Source: Eledone cirrhosa
Taxonomy: Eukaryota
NCBI GenBank assembly: GCA_964016885.1
Contig: OZ024740.1
Location: forward strand, 296,670,001 to 296,734,000
DNA: 64,000 bases
Reading direction: 5' to 3'
Positions 1 through 12,780 of the stretch are shown piece after piece. A program made the translations under genes and the position numbers. The notes beneath the pieces were generated by a model. It did no database searches and had not been told where the DNA came from. It saw nothing but the letters and a program-made list of their open reading frames with translations. Every line of letters begins with the position of its first letter. Positions within the stretch are counted from its first letter, which is position 1.

Positions 1-2664
1 GAGGACTATCCTCAGGAGAAAAATATGGAAGCTAAAGGATCCCACAGCCAGAAATAAATTTCAAAGCATATTACTTGATGCTTTCGACAGTAAGGAAGAG
101 CAATTAGAGTCGTACAAGGTAGAGGAACAGTGGGAATTCCTGAAAGCAAACCTGCTGATGGCGGCAGACGGAGTCTGTGGCTGGAGCAGGCCTGTAGGCA
201 GGAGGAGAGTAACATGGTGGTGGAACAGTAAGGTGGAGGGGTCAATCAAGGCCAAAAAGCAGGTTTGGAAAGCATGGCGGGATGGGGGAAGTAGAGAAGA
301 CTATCAAGTGGCCAGGAGGGAAGCTAGGAGACAAGTGTACTTCGCAAGAAGGGAAGCAGAGGAAAGAAAGTTCAAGCATGTTCTACAACGCGAGGACCAA
401 AAACGTGAGGTGTTCAGGATTGCTAGGCAATGTGTCAAGGAAAACCATGATATTGTCGGGGAGAAGTGTGTACTTAACGATGATGGCGTACTTGCCATCA
501 CTGACGCTGATAAGAAGGTAGCTTGGAAGTGTCACTACGAAAGGCTACTAAATGAGGAGAATAAATGGGAGAAAGACAGTCTCCCCCACATCGACCCAAT
601 AGAGGGACCAGCAGTGTTAGTCGAAGGTAGTATAATAAGTAAGGCAATCAAAGATATGAAGACGGGTAAGGCGGCTGGGCCTTCGGAAATAGTTGCTGAG
701 ATGCTGAAAGCCTCCGGTACGGTGGGACACACCATGGTCACTCGGATAGTAAACCAAGTCATACAGAATGGGGTTGTTCCGAAGGACTGGCGTAGCAGCA
801 TCATCGTTAACTGTTACAAGGGTAAAGGAGACGCCCTAGATAGGAGTAACTTTAGAGGCATTAAATTAATCGACCAGGTCATGAAGGTCACAGAAAAAGT
901 AATAGCGCAACTAATCAGAGAGAGAATTGATCTAGATGAAATGCAGTTCGGGTTTGTGTCAGGCAAAAGTACCACAGACGCTCTTTTCATTGTACGACAA
1001 CTACAGGAGAAGTAACTAGCTAAAAGTAAACCCCTATACTTAGCTTTTGTCGACTTGGAGAAAGCCTTCGACAGAGTCCCCTGTTCCATTATCTGGTGGG
1101 CTCTTAGAAAACTAGGTGTTGACGAATGGCTTGTGAGAGCTATACAAGCCATGTATAAAGAAACAGTCAGCAAGGTTAGAATTAACAACGAATATAGTGA
1201 AGAGTTTAGCGTAAAAGTTGGTGTCCATCAGGGCTCTGATCTTAGCCCCCTACTATTTATTATTGCCCTTCAGGCTATAATAGAGGAGTTGAAGACCGGC
1301 TGCCCATGGGAACTCCTATACGCAGATGATCTAATGCTCATAGCTGAATCAATGGCCGAGCTAGAGAAGAAATTCCAAACATGGAAGCACGGCCTAGAAT
1401 CAAAAGGCCTTAAAATTAACCTGGCTAAGACTAAAGTTCTAGTTTGTAGGAAAGAAAATAAGGCGCCGGTCCCCTCCAGGAAATGGCCATGCTCAGTGTG
1501 TAGGAAAGGCGTAGGTAGAAACTCCATTTTATGTCCCAAATGCAAAGTATGGGTGCATAAAAGATGTAGTGGGATCACAGGTAAGTTAACTAAGAACACA
1601 GATTTTACATGTGGCCGGTGCTCTGGTGCAATAAGTAGCAGCAAGTGCCCAAAAAATACTAGCTCTTTCAATTGCGCAGGGGGTTCTATAGAAATAGTGG
1701 ACAGCTTCTGTTACCTGGGTGACAAAATCAGCAGTGGGGGAGGGTGCTCTGAAAGTACAGTAGCTAGAGTCAGAACTGGATGGAAAAAGTTCAGAGAGCT
1801 TATACCACTATTAGCCGCTAAAGGGTTCTCCCTAAACATGAAAGGCAGGTTGTATGATGCCTGCATACGAACAGCAATGTTGCATGGCAGTGAGACCTGG
1901 GCATTGTGTGCAGAGGATATACGCAGACTAGAGAGGAACGAAGCTTGCATGCTCCGCTGGATGTGTAATAGTAATATACGTGAACGGCAAAGCATAAACG
2001 AACTAAGGAAAAAATTAGAAATAAGAGGGATCAGATGTTGTTTACTCGAGAGAAGGCTACGTTGGTATGGTCATGTGATGCGCATGAAAGACGACAGCTG
2101 TATAACAAAGTGCAGGGCAATAAAGATAGATGGTAGCCACGGAGTAGGCAGACCCAGGAAAACCTGGGACGAGCTGATAAATTCCGACCTCACACACTTA
2201 CACCTCTCCAAGACAATGTCACTGGACCGAGACCTTTGGCGGTACTCAGTAACAGAGAATACCCGCCTTACCTAAATACAAAGTAAAACCTACTACAGTC
2301 AGTAGGCATCTCTAACAAAATACACCCAAGTCCCACCACCCCCACCCCATCCACACCGCCCCCTTCAATGCAAAGTTATGTTGGTGTCACAACATCCAGG
2401 CCGAAACAAATGAGATCGTGTAGGTGTCACGACAAAAAACACCCAGTCCACGCTGTAATGTGGCCTTGTAGGCAACACGGTAAAAACCTCCCAGCCCCAC
2501 ACTCTAAATGTGGTTGGTGTTAGGAAGGGCATCCAGCTGTAGAAAACCCGCCAGACAGTCCTATGCGAGCAAGACAACCACTCTTGCCTCAAGTGGGAAA
2601 ACCCCCGTCCAAACCCATGCAAGCGTGGAACATGGACATTAAACGTTGATGATGATGATGATGA

Positions 2665-2670
<6 letters not shown>
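1..2670 (+). mobile_element. RTE-type LINE (RT and C-terminal part), one premature stop, (GAT)n tail
   Basis: ORFs 158-1015 and 1055-2275 are in the same frame, separated by TAA at 1013-1015. Motifs QFGF, DLEKAFD, GVHQGS, YADD, LRWYGHV, GRPRKTW. The 3' UTR ends in (GAT)n(TA)n. Confidence 0.9.
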
Positions 2671-2711
<41 letters not shown>

Positions 2712-2721
2712 AACCAGTAAG

Positions 2722-2815
2722 ACCCCGACGGCTGAGCTCAAGCCGTTTCGACGGCTAATTCTGGACTAAATGAAAATTTATCCTGGTATTTAAATAGCCG
2801 ATCTTCTCAAGGGGT
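2722..2815 (-). ncRNA. Mirror copy of the U3:A8 hammerhead ribozyme
   Basis: Reverse complement of 4058-4151; differs only in the stem II loop. Confidence 0.75.
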
Positions 2816-4057
2816 AATTCCATATATGGTCAAAGTGATTGTCAAAAATCAGTAGTAATTCTGTGATTGCAAATTAGTAGGGGAGATGGTGGCTAAACCT
2901 GCCAGTAGGAGAAAGAGGGGAGGGGTGGAGTAGACCCAATCAAGCGTTGGTAGTGCCAGCTACAGCTGGGCATGAGGTCAAAGAAGATACTGGGGAGGGG
3001 AGGGGGAGGAGGTCGGAACGGTAGGTAGAACAATGGGGGGTAAAAATATATATGAAAGAAAAAATACTGAGAGTGAAGAAAAGCGGATAAGTGTAAAGAA
3101 AAAAGTAAAGCAAGTTCTACGACCTAGGTCTCTAGCTATTGTTAGGCTAGAATAAATAAATAAATAAAGAAAGAAAGAAGTAAAGAAAGAAATAAAGAAA
3201 TAACGAAATAAGTAAATGAACTAGGTGGGACGGAATAGGCAAGGACCCTTTTAAGAGGTATAAGTACGTAAATGATACGGTGACAGGTCAACAAATGGGG
3301 CCGAAATACTAAAGAGACTACCACGAAATAAATAATAAAGGTTTCTATCCCAGGCACAATGCCAGCAACCACCCAGTGCAGCAAAGTGAACTAGTACGAG
3401 ATAATAATTCTGAGTCCCGAAAAAAATATATACTAATGCTAACTCTAAAAGTATATATTTTTTTCGGGACTCAGAATTATTATCTCGTACTAGTTCACTT
3501 TGCTGCACCGGGTGGTTGCTGGCATTGTGCCCGGGATAGAAACCTTTATTATTTATTTCGTGGTAGTCTCTTTAGTATTTTGGCCCCATTTGTTGACCTG
3601 TCACCGTATCATTTACGTACTTATACCTCTTAAAAGGGTCCTTGCCTATTCCGTCCCACCTAGTTCATTTACTTATTTCGTTATTTCTTTATTTCTTTCT
3701 TTCTTTATTTATTTATTTATTCTAGCCTAACAATAGCTAGAGACCTAGGTCGTAGAACTTGCTTTACTTTTTTCTTTACACTTATCCGCTTTTCTTCACT
3801 CTCAGTATTTTTTCTTTCATATATATTTTTACCCCCCATTGTTCTACCTACCGTTCCGACCTCCTCCCTCTCCCCCTCCCCAGTATCTTCTTTGACCTCA
3901 TGCCCAGCTGTAGCTGGCACTACCAACGCTTGATTGGGTCTACTCCACCCCTCCCCTCTTTCTCCTACTGGCAGGTTTAGCCACCATCTCCCCTACTAAT
4001 TTGCAATCACAGAATTACTACTGATTTTTGACAATCACTTTGACCATATATGGAATT

Positions 4058-4151
4058 ACCCCTTGAGAAGATCGGCTATTTAAATAAAAGGATAAATTTT
4101 CATTTAGTCCAGAATTAGCCGTCGAAACGGCTTGAGCTCAGCCGTCGGGGT
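4058..4151 (+). ncRNA. Type I hammerhead ribozyme, U3:A8 variant
   Basis: acccc TTGAGAA ga(t)cggcta...tagccgtc GAAA cggct-tgagctc-agccg TC^ggggt. Stems I, II and III all pair; predicted GUC cleavage after 4146. Confidence 0.75.
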
Positions 4152-4359
4152 CTTACTGGTTCCTATTACCCACTCTACTACCCCAAGTATTGAGTACTTT
4201 GGTGCGTTATGGTCCACCTGGTTCCTTACCACATTTCCTTCGTTATATATATATATATATATATATATCTTGTTTTCCAGTTCCCTTAGATTGTTCTAGA
4301 GAAAAACAAAATAATGTATACCTCATGCTTCTTCTCCTTCCCTGTCCCCTATAACACTT

Positions 4360-5174
4360 TAGGCTATAACAGAGGAGTTTAAAATGGGCTGCCCATGGGA
4401 ACTTTTTTATGCAGATGAGTTGGTCCTTATAGCTGAAACCAAAATATTAACTAGAAAATAAATTCTGATTATAGAAACTGAATTTTGAATCAAAATGTCT
4501 GAGAGTAAACTTAGCCAAAACTAAAGTGCTAGTAAATAGGAAAGGAGATAGGAGCCTGATTCCTTCAGGGAAGTGGTCCTGATCAATATGTAGAAAAGGA
4601 GTAGGCATAAACTCTATATGACATATACAAATGTAAATCCTTGATACACAGAAGATGTAGTAGGATAATGAGTAGACTAACAGGAAAGGAGAACTTTGCA
4701 TGTAGAAGATGCACAGGAGAAATTGAGACAAAGAGTGCCAATGATATAAAGCTTTTCCAATCACAGGAAGGATCCATTGATGTGGTTGATAGCTTCTGCT
4801 ATCTAGGTGACCTAATTAGCAGTGGAGGAGGGTGTTCTGAGAGTATAATAGTTAGAATAATGATAGGATGGAAGAAGTTTAGAGAACTACTCCCCTGCTG
4901 ACAAAAAAATGTTTCTTCCTATGTACAAAAGGAAGGCTGTATGACACCTGTATGCAGTGCATGATGCTGTATGGAAGTGTAACACAGACTGTCACTGTTG
5001 GGTGAAGAAATGTCAGGAGATCCCAAGAAAGATCTGGACAGGGGTTGTGAGAGCTGACCTCAAAATTCTAAGACTGGCAGAGGAGATGAAGAAGGAATAA
5101 GGCAAGTGGAGGGATACCATGCTGATAAGGACCAATCCAACCCATGCAAGCATGGAAAAGCAGACATAAAAACA

Positions 5175-5210
<36 letters not shown>
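4360..5210 (+). mobile_element. Decayed 3' fragment of an RTE LINE related to 1-2670
   Basis: GCPWELFYADE, HRRCS, VDSFCYLGD and GWKKFRELLP remnants with stops; (GAT)n tail. Confidence 0.85.
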
Positions 5211-5212
<2 letters not shown>

Positions 5213-6405
5213 TATATACATATACATATATACACACACACACTCACATATATATCTATGATAAATTTCCTGTTTTGTTCCTGGATCCCTATTTAATATT
5301 TCATAATACATCTTAATATGAACCCCATGATATTTTTTTTCTATATCCTATATGAAGTAAGGATCACATAGAAAGTGATTTTTATCCACAGTTTCCTGCA
5401 GGGTCATGGGTCATTTGGTACTCACATTCATATTACAATTGCTGGGTCACCCATAAAGAAGGATAAAGTGCAAATTGCCAAATTTAGAAAATCCTTGTCA
5501 TTTTAACATCTGCTTACCCTGTTAGAAAGGGTTGGACAGGTTTATATAGACCAAGTTAGTACTGAAGAAGAGTAACTGATCTCCCAAGCAAGCCAGGAAC
5601 CAGTCTCTTGCTTATGTAATCTCACATTCTGTCAAGTGCTCAAGAGAGGTTGTCAAAACTTTAACACAACTGAGGGTCCTCCCAACCCTTTGTTTGGCAA
5701 GATTTCTATGGCTGGAAATCCTTCATATCACCAACCATTTTACAGTAAATAACCAACACTGGGGAGGTTGGTAAATAACCAACACTGGAGAGGCTGTCAT
5801 GCCCTTGACACAACTGGAGAGGTCTCCTGACACTTAGTCTGGCAGGTTTTCTATGGCTGGATGCCCTTCCTGCCACCAACCACTTTACAGTGTGTACTGG
5901 GTGCGTTTATTGTGTAAATCACCAACATTCTGTAATAAAAAGGATGAACATCTACAACACCAAATGTAGCAACAGGATGAAACACTAGCGCCCATCATAG
6001 CTTGGAAACTTTCATTGAAAGGGAGAAATCAAACAGAATAATTTGTAAAATTTAGGTTGGCTGTTACAGTGAAATGATAAAAATGTTAAGTGTAAAAGAA
6101 GTTAATAAAAAAAAAAGACTTCTGTTTTTCATCTCTTTAAAAAAAAAGAAACTATTTTAGTTGCTATAATAAATCCTACACAGAAAGAAATGTTCTAATG
6201 TAACAGTTGAGTCATTCCAGTTCCTAAAGGGCTCTTAACAAAGAAAAAAATGGAATGATCCACTGGATCGTTGCATGGGTTTTGAAGATATACCACTACA
6301 ATCCTCCAGTGGGTTGTATAATTGCCGACATCTTAAAATCATGTGGTAAGTTTTATTCTGCTCTCAAACCGATCATAATCATACTAATTACTGAAAAATG
6401 AAATC

Positions 6406-6597
6406 AATCTTCTGTAGCAAAAATGTACTCAGTCTTCTGTAGTAAATATGTACTCCATCTTCTGTAGTAAAAATGTACTCAGTCTTCTGTAGTAAATATG
6501 TACTCCATCTTCTGTAGTAAAAAGGTACTCAATCTTCTGTAGTAAAAAGGTACTCAATCTTCTGTAGTAAAACATACTCAATCTTCTATAGTAAAAA
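6406..6597. repeat. 25-bp minisatellite, about 8 copies
   Basis: Unit TCTTCTGTAGTAAAAATGTACTCAG with variants, at 25-bp spacing. Confidence 0.9.
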
Positions 6598-6629
6598 TTT
6601 CAATAATAGATTCTACATATCACAGACAT

Positions 6630-8595
6630 ATAATAATAATAATGAAAATATTGTGTACAGTGCTCAGGTGCACTACAACTCGTCAAAGTTGCATGTATAG
6701 TACATAGAATAATATAGAAATGTCAGGGAAGTGAATAATGTATGAGTCATGATATACATGTATGCATGTGTATGGAGGGGGAATATTAGGTGTAGTGTTG
6801 GTGAATCTCTGAAAGCATGGAGGTTTTAAAGGATGCAGTGTCTCGACAGCTAATAACTGATGCAGGTAGTTTGTTCCATGCTTCAGCATCTCTGAATGTG
6901 AAAAAATGTTTCCGAAAGTCATGGGAGCTGTGCTGTTTTCTGACTTTGTGGGCATGCCCACGTGTGTTAAACACAGGGAAATTAAAAAGGTACTCAGGGT
7001 TGTTGTTGGCAAGAGGGTTAATCATTTTGTTGGTGTTTACCAAGTCAGTTACCAGAGGACGGAGCTTTAATGTATCCATGCCCAGGGAAGCAAGGCATTC
7101 AGAGTATGGTAGATGCCTGATGGAGGGTATTCGCTTAGTTGTATGTCTCTGAACAGTTTCCATGTGGTCAATGTTCTGAGCAAGATAGGGGTTCCAGACT
7201 GGTGATGCAAATTCTAAGTGTGGCCGCACCATAGCTATATACAGCGTTAAATAGATAGCTGGAGAGCAGCTGACAAAGGTCTTGCTGAGTGATGCTAAGG
7301 CACCCTCGGCCTTCTTGACAATTTTAGAGACATGCTTCGTCCAGCAAAAATCGCTGCTGACAGTAATGCCCAGGTCACGTTCACAAGAAGACTTCTTGAT
7401 ATTAGTGTTATGGAGCGAGTATGTAGACGTTGGGTTTTTATTCCCAAAATGCATGGTGGTGCACTTGTCCACAGCTAGCTTGAGTTGCCAGTCTGTGATC
7501 CATTGTTGCATTGGATCCAAATCAGATTGCAGGAAAGATCTATAGTGTTTAGGATCTGTCCTTTCTATCTCAAGGTACAGCTTGATGTTATCTGCATATT
7601 TCAGTACTGTGGCATTCTTTAAGTTGGCATCTATGTCATTAATATATGCCACAAACAAAAGGAGGCCAAGAACAGATCCCTGTGGTACACCAGATGACAT
7701 CTCATATGGTGAGGAATGCTGTCCTAGAACCATGACTACCTCTCTTCGACTGAGAATGAAGGACTTCCACCAGTTAAAAGTTGCAGAGAGTTTTGCCATA
7801 AGTCTTTTGTGTGGCACAGAATTGAAAGCTTTAGCAAAGTCAAGGTAAACAACATCCACCCATGAGCCGCCATCAGTGATCCGGGTGATGTCTTCAAGAA
7901 ACTCGATAAGTTGATCACAGCAGCTGGAGTTAGGGATAAATCAAAATTGCGAGGGCCGGATAAGACTGTGAGAGTTCTAGAAGTTCCAAAGCGTTTCTCT
8001 GACACAGGATTCCATCAGTTTGGCAATGCAGCTAGTAAAACTGACTGGACGATAGTTCACAGGTGATGTGTGGTAACCCTTTTTGAACAGAGGAATGACA
8101 CTGGCAGTTTTTGACTGTTCTGGAGTAGCACCGTTGTTCAGACAGAATTGGAAGAAGCATGATAGCTGGTTCAGAAGGATGTACCCACCACATTTGAGAA
8201 GCAGGTATGTAACACCATCAAAACCAGGAGAGGCATGGTTGTATTTGTTTTTAAGCTGACGTCACAGCATTGCAGGTGTAAATTCCATAGTTGTAATAGA
8301 ATCTGATGTCATAGGTGGTGGAGACGGTACACTCTGGTCTTCAATAGTGAAAATGCCTGCATAGCATTCAGCAATGAGCTCTGCGCATTCCTTGGGGTCA
8401 TAAGTAACCTGGCTTATGTGGGGATTGCAAAGAGGACCAACTGGAGAGTGAGGCCTCTGTTTGAGTGAACATACTTCCAGAACATCTTACTATCAGGACT
8501 GGTTGCTATGCGCTGGTGAAATTGAAGCATTGCCTTTTTTATCACCTGTTTGAGATGATTGGATGATTTATTTTGCTTCTTCCTATTGATATCTG
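6630..8595 (-). mobile_element. CR1-clade LINE, 5'-truncated and decayed
   Basis: ORF 6786-7859 has DVVYLDFAKAF, SGVPQGSVLG, YADN (YADD mutated), ERDLG, VRPHLEFASPVWNP and TRGH. (ATT)n tail near 6630-6645. Confidence 0.9.
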
Positions 8596-8695
8596 ATACG
8601 TGGTTGCCTGACTACATACTTTAAATGTATATTTAAATTAAGGGTAATAACATCTTATCTGCAAAGTCAATTGATACATGGAGATCAAAACAGTG

Positions 8696-8890
8696 GAGGT
8701 GTGTGACTGAGTGGTAAGGGTGTTGGATTTATGATCATAATGCCATGGGTTCCATTCCTTGACTGGGTTGTGTGTTGTGTTCTTGAGCAAAACACTTCAT
8801 TTCATGTTACTCCAGTATACTCAGCTGAAAATGAGTACCATCAATAGTTGAGAGTTTAACCCTGTGATGGACTGACATCCTGTAGTGAAA
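8696..8890 (+). mobile_element. tRNA-derived SINE (second family)
   Basis: A-box-like TGACTGAGTGGT and B-box-like GGTTCCATTCC, followed by TGTGTTGTGTTCTTGAGCAAAACACTT, which resembles a CORE/V-type SINE core. Confidence 0.55.
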
Positions 8891-10074
8891 TCTGTCACCA
8901 CCTTGACCCCTAGGTGACATTTAACGGTCATTTTCTGGGTTATCTCCTTTCAGGCATCAAAAGGTCTGAAACTGGGTGACCTTGAAAGGCCAGCCCTTTT
9001 TTCTCAAGTCTTGAGACAGAGGAAGCGACATAAATAAACAGCCTGCCATAGATCAGGCCAGTGGTAGTTCGGAGCGGTTCTTGATAGAGTCAACATGTAA
9101 ACTATTGCTTTCTACAAACCCCTTGGGGTCTTATAGACTCTCTCTCTTTCATTCAATCTCTATCTCTTGGTCTCTGTCTTAACCAAGCCAGTGAAGTTCA
9201 TGAAGTTTTCTAGGTAAATACAATTAATTCTACTTTTACAAACAAACAAATAACATCCATAATTCTTGTATATGTTTCCTATAGCTCTGGTGAAAGCTAT
9301 TTTCAATAAATTAATAATATAGCAGTTTGGTGTCATTGTAGTTCATTTATATATATTTATTATCTGCGTGATCAAGGAACTATCATATCAACATCATCTT
9401 ATTGAACACTTACTCACTTACCTACACACATGCAACCTCTGGTCACACTGTATCACACAACAGTGACCACACCACACAGAAGCTACAAGTGAGCACACAC
9501 ACAACAAACAAATCAACACCACAACACAATCAACTACCAACATGAACCATCAAATCCTTGCTATAGTTCTGTCAAGGGGGGATGTCTTGTACACTCAGTC
9601 ACTTCACGCCACAAAACCAGGATAAGTACCGGCCTGACAAGCTTCTTGGCTTGAGACAGACTTTACACATTAGATCAAAACATAGTGTAGATCAAAATAT
9701 TGAAAACAAAGTTCATTTTGAAAGTGTTTCTCCCTTGCCCTCCTCTAGGGCAGTGGATTCTCCATCCTGTCAGCTGGGACCCAGAGGCGGAGGGTAAGTT
9801 AGTTGAAGGTTGAGGATATTCGTTCAGATTTCACATAATTACATATACTTCATGTGAAAATTGATAGCCTTTTCATGATTTCATATGAAAATTTATAATT
9901 GTTTCTACTTTTGGCACAAGGCCAGCAATTATCCAGTGTATTACTGGTACTTTATTTTATCGACCCTGTAAGGATGAAAGGCAAAGTTAACCATATGAAA
10001 ATTTATAATATTATTAACTACATTTCTCAGATGTATAGATATTTAATAAATGTTGATATATTGAATAAACTCAC

Positions 10075-10254
10075 CTCAAACATAAATGTGTCCACCTCTT
10101 CTCTTAGCCATGTCTTGTCTATTTCACCTTCATGCAATTTATCAAGGAGACCATCCAAGAAAGCCATTTTTTTCTTACCAACTGTCTCATCTTTTTTGTC
10201 ATTTGATTTTTTCTTTAAGTTTTCTAGATATACAGCTGTGCGTTCTTCAATCAC
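10075..10254 (-). CDS. CYP4V-like: CYP4-clan P450 exon D (180 bp; H and I helices)
   Basis: tatAG|GTGATTGAAG...ATGTTTGAG|GTgagt. Translates VIEERT...KKMAFLDGLL...LREEVDTFMFE; REEVDTFMFE(GHDTT) is the CYP4 I-helix signature. The next exon was not found in the window. Confidence 0.95.
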
Positions 10255-10555
10255 CTATAACAGTTAAAAGAAGTTGGATCAGTGATAAATCCCTAAGAGA
10301 TAAAGAAAATAACGATAAGGGTATAGCCATGGGTTTAACAAAGTTCACTTTTCAAATACAAGTTCTGGGGTTAGATCCCATTGTATGTACTGTAGGCAAG
10401 TGTTGTTTTTTTTGTGAGCTCAGGTTCACAAATACCTATGATGGAAACTGAATGAAATCCCTATGTATGTATGTTAGAAATAATCGGGATGGATACCTGA
10501 TCATGCGGTTAAACTACTGGGAGTGAAGGACCCATAACCTTTGTCAGGGCATTCT

Positions 10556-10732
10556 TCTAGGGGAAGTCAACTCAGGAAACTGGGATAACTTCGACATAAA
10601 ACCTACGGCTCAGTAGTTATCGATGATGTTGATCTTTTCTTCTTTTCGGATTATAGCTACTGACGCTCAGAGAGTGGGATTGGCCTCAGTGCACAGTACT
10701 TTCTCACTTTAAAAAATATCTTCATGCATGGG
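10556..10732. repeat. Interspersed repeat; an inverted copy lies at 20165-20346
   Basis: CTCAGTAGTTATCGATGATGTTGATCTTTTCTTCTTTTCGG...CTCACTTTAAAA is present reverse-complemented at about 20190-20340. Family identity unknown, possibly a LINE 5' UTR. Confidence 0.7.
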
Positions 10733-10822
10733 TTTTGCACAATAGCATTAATTGATAATTATTAATAATGTTATATCTTGCAATGGCCATACTCGATAAG
10801 AAGGGGACAGCCATCATGTATG

Positions 10823-11105
10823 TCATCATCATCATCATCATCACCGTTTTACGTCCGTTCTTCCACGCTAGCATGGGTTAGACGGATTGTCCTGTTGTGG
10901 GCAGTGTCTAGTCGGCTGACCATGCCTTGCTCATACAGGAACTGATTTGGCTTGATTTCTACAGCTGGATGCCCTTCCTAACACCAACCTCATTTACAGT
11001 GAGTGCTGGGTGCTTTTTCGTGGCGCCTACACGTCCACTTTACAGTGTGGGCTGGGTGCTTTTTTGCCATGGCACCTTCACGACCACCTTGCGGTGGGGG
11101 GTGTG
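10823..11105 (-). mobile_element. RTE 3'-UTR-derived short element. Other copies at about 5830-5910, 34320-34520, 38240-38540, 46930-47060 and 49220-49660
   Basis: Shares GGTTGGTGTTAGGAAGGGCATCCAGC..AGAAA and the (GAT)n tail with the 3' UTR of the LINE at 2380-2670. Confidence 0.75.
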
Positions 11106-11207
11106 GGGGCATATTGTCTATATGCTTCAGCTTGCACCCATGGGAGGTCGGGTACTCTGTATTACTGCGTGACGCCAGAAGTCACGGTCGTGTGTCGTAT
11201 GTATGTA

Positions 11208-11395
11208 TAATAATTGTTTCTACTTTTGGCACAAGGCCAGCAATTGCCCAGTGTATTACTGGTACTTTATTTTATCGACCCTGTAAGGATGAAAGCAAAG
11301 TTAACCTCGGCGGGATTTGAACTCAGAATGGCAAGGGCCGTAACTCTATGTGTCAAAGCATGGCATCCGACCTTCTACCGATGCTGCCAATTCAC
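11208..11395 (-). mobile_element. tRNA-derived SINE, main family. Copies at about 9896, 12507-12700, 20634-21000(+), 21637-21820, 27398-27725, 29190-29515(+), 31685-32298, 38882-39072, 56505-56870 and 56935-57150(+)
   Basis: Family consensus: head GGCGGTGGATTGGCAGTATCGGTAG (A box), GAGTTCAAATCCCGCCGAGG (B box), core TTGCCTTTCATCCTTACGGGGTCGATAAAATAAAGTACCAG, and an (ATT)n tail. Confidence 0.85.
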
Positions 11396-11399
11396 GTAT

Positions 11400-11850
11400 A
11401 ATAATGATAATAATAATGAAATTATTGTGTACAGTGCTCAGGTGCACTATAACTCATCAAAGGTGCATGTATAGTACATAGAATAATGTACAAATGTCAG
11501 GAAAGTAAGCAGTGTATATGTCATGATATGCATGTGTGTGTGTATGGAGGTGGGATATCAAGTGTAGTGTTGGCAAATTTCATGAAGCATGGAGGTTTTA
11601 AAGGATGCAGTGTCTCGGCAGCTAACAACTGATGCAGGTAGTTTGTTCCATGCTTCAGCAACTGTGAGAGTGAAAAAATGTTTCCGAAAGTCATGGGAAC
11701 TGTGCTGTTTTCTGACTTTGTAGGCATGCCCACGTGTGTTAGACACATGGAAATCAAAAAGGTGCTCAGGGTTGTTGTTGGCAAGATGGTTAATAATTTT
11801 GTGGGTGTTTACCAAGTCAGTTGCCAGACGTCAGAGCTTCAATGTATCCT
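11400..11850 (-). mobile_element. CR1 3' fragment (same family as 6630-8595)
   Basis: NTRGHAYKVRKQHSSHDFRKHFF...AWNKLP and a matching 3' UTR. Confidence 0.85.
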
Positions 11851-12384
11851 CTTGATATCTACATTGACTTCATGGTTGACAGCTGTACTAGTGTAGCACT
11901 GTATGTGATGCCTTATGCTACTTTTATGGTCCCACCCTGGACCATAAACATGGCATGGGATGTGGTGACATTTATGCATGTGCTACTGTAATTTTCCCTG
12001 AGCACTATGTGTGTGTGTACTTGTATATGTATGCATGTTTACATGGATAAGATTGATTGAGTTTACATGTGTGTGTGTGTGTGTGCGTCTGCATATATGC
12101 ACATGCACAATCATAAGCCTACACACATACCTAATATATCAGCTTCTGTTACTCTTTACATGTCTCTGGATGGATTTTATAGGCAAAAACCTACCGGCAG
12201 GAGAACCAGGAGTAAACACCAAGCAAGTTGGTAGGATAACATCCATGAGCTTGGCTGCTCCCACTTGGGGATCCAGCTGGATTAGTTGGAGATGGTTGCT
12301 TCTGACAGGATCTGCTGGAAGGAGTGTTTGAGGGCTCTGCCCCCATGACCCTCTAAGGAATAAATATGGGTGAAGAAGAAGAGG

Positions 12385-12416
<32 letters not shown>

Positions 12417-12780
12417 CAACAACATACATGCATGCATGCATGCATGATGGCTGCCCCTCTTTATCGAGTATGGCCATTGCACAAAAAAAACAACATAATA
12501 ACGACAATAATAATTGTTTCTACTTTTGGCACAAGGCAGGCAATTACCCAGTACATTACTGGTACTTTATTTTATCGACCCCATAAGGATGAAAGGCAAA
12601 GTTAACCTCGGCGGGATTTGAACTCCGATCGTAAAGGGACGTAACTCTTTGCGTCAAGCATGGCGTCCGACCCTCTACTGATACTGCCAATCCACCGCCC
12701 TAATAACGACAATAATAATAATAACAATAATAATAATACACACACACACACTCACACAAACATACATATCTATACACACA

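Larger units (their letters stand above)
2707..4166. repeat. Near-perfect palindrome, arms about 720 bp with a 15-bp spacer
   Basis: 2707-3434 is the reverse complement of 3450-4166 with a few substitutions and one ~11-bp indel. Mirror ORFs in the track (3142-3384/3500-3730; 3251-3508/3376-3633) agree. Confidence 0.95.

Noticed and set aside
5790-5806. Minus-strand GGGCATGAC (GHD) as the next CYP4 exon
   Set aside because: Reads GHDSL rather than GHDTT, lacks an in-phase acceptor and lies in repeat-derived sequence.
6221-6351. Plus-strand AG...GTAAGT exon-like segment
   Set aside because: Stops in all three frames and no recognisable protein.
6406-6597. Regular short repeats resembling a CRISPR array
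   Set aside because: No unique spacers, eukaryotic context and no cas genes; a plain minisatellite.
11208-11395. tRNA genes
   Set aside because: The A/B boxes belong to SINE heads; no complete cloverleaf.
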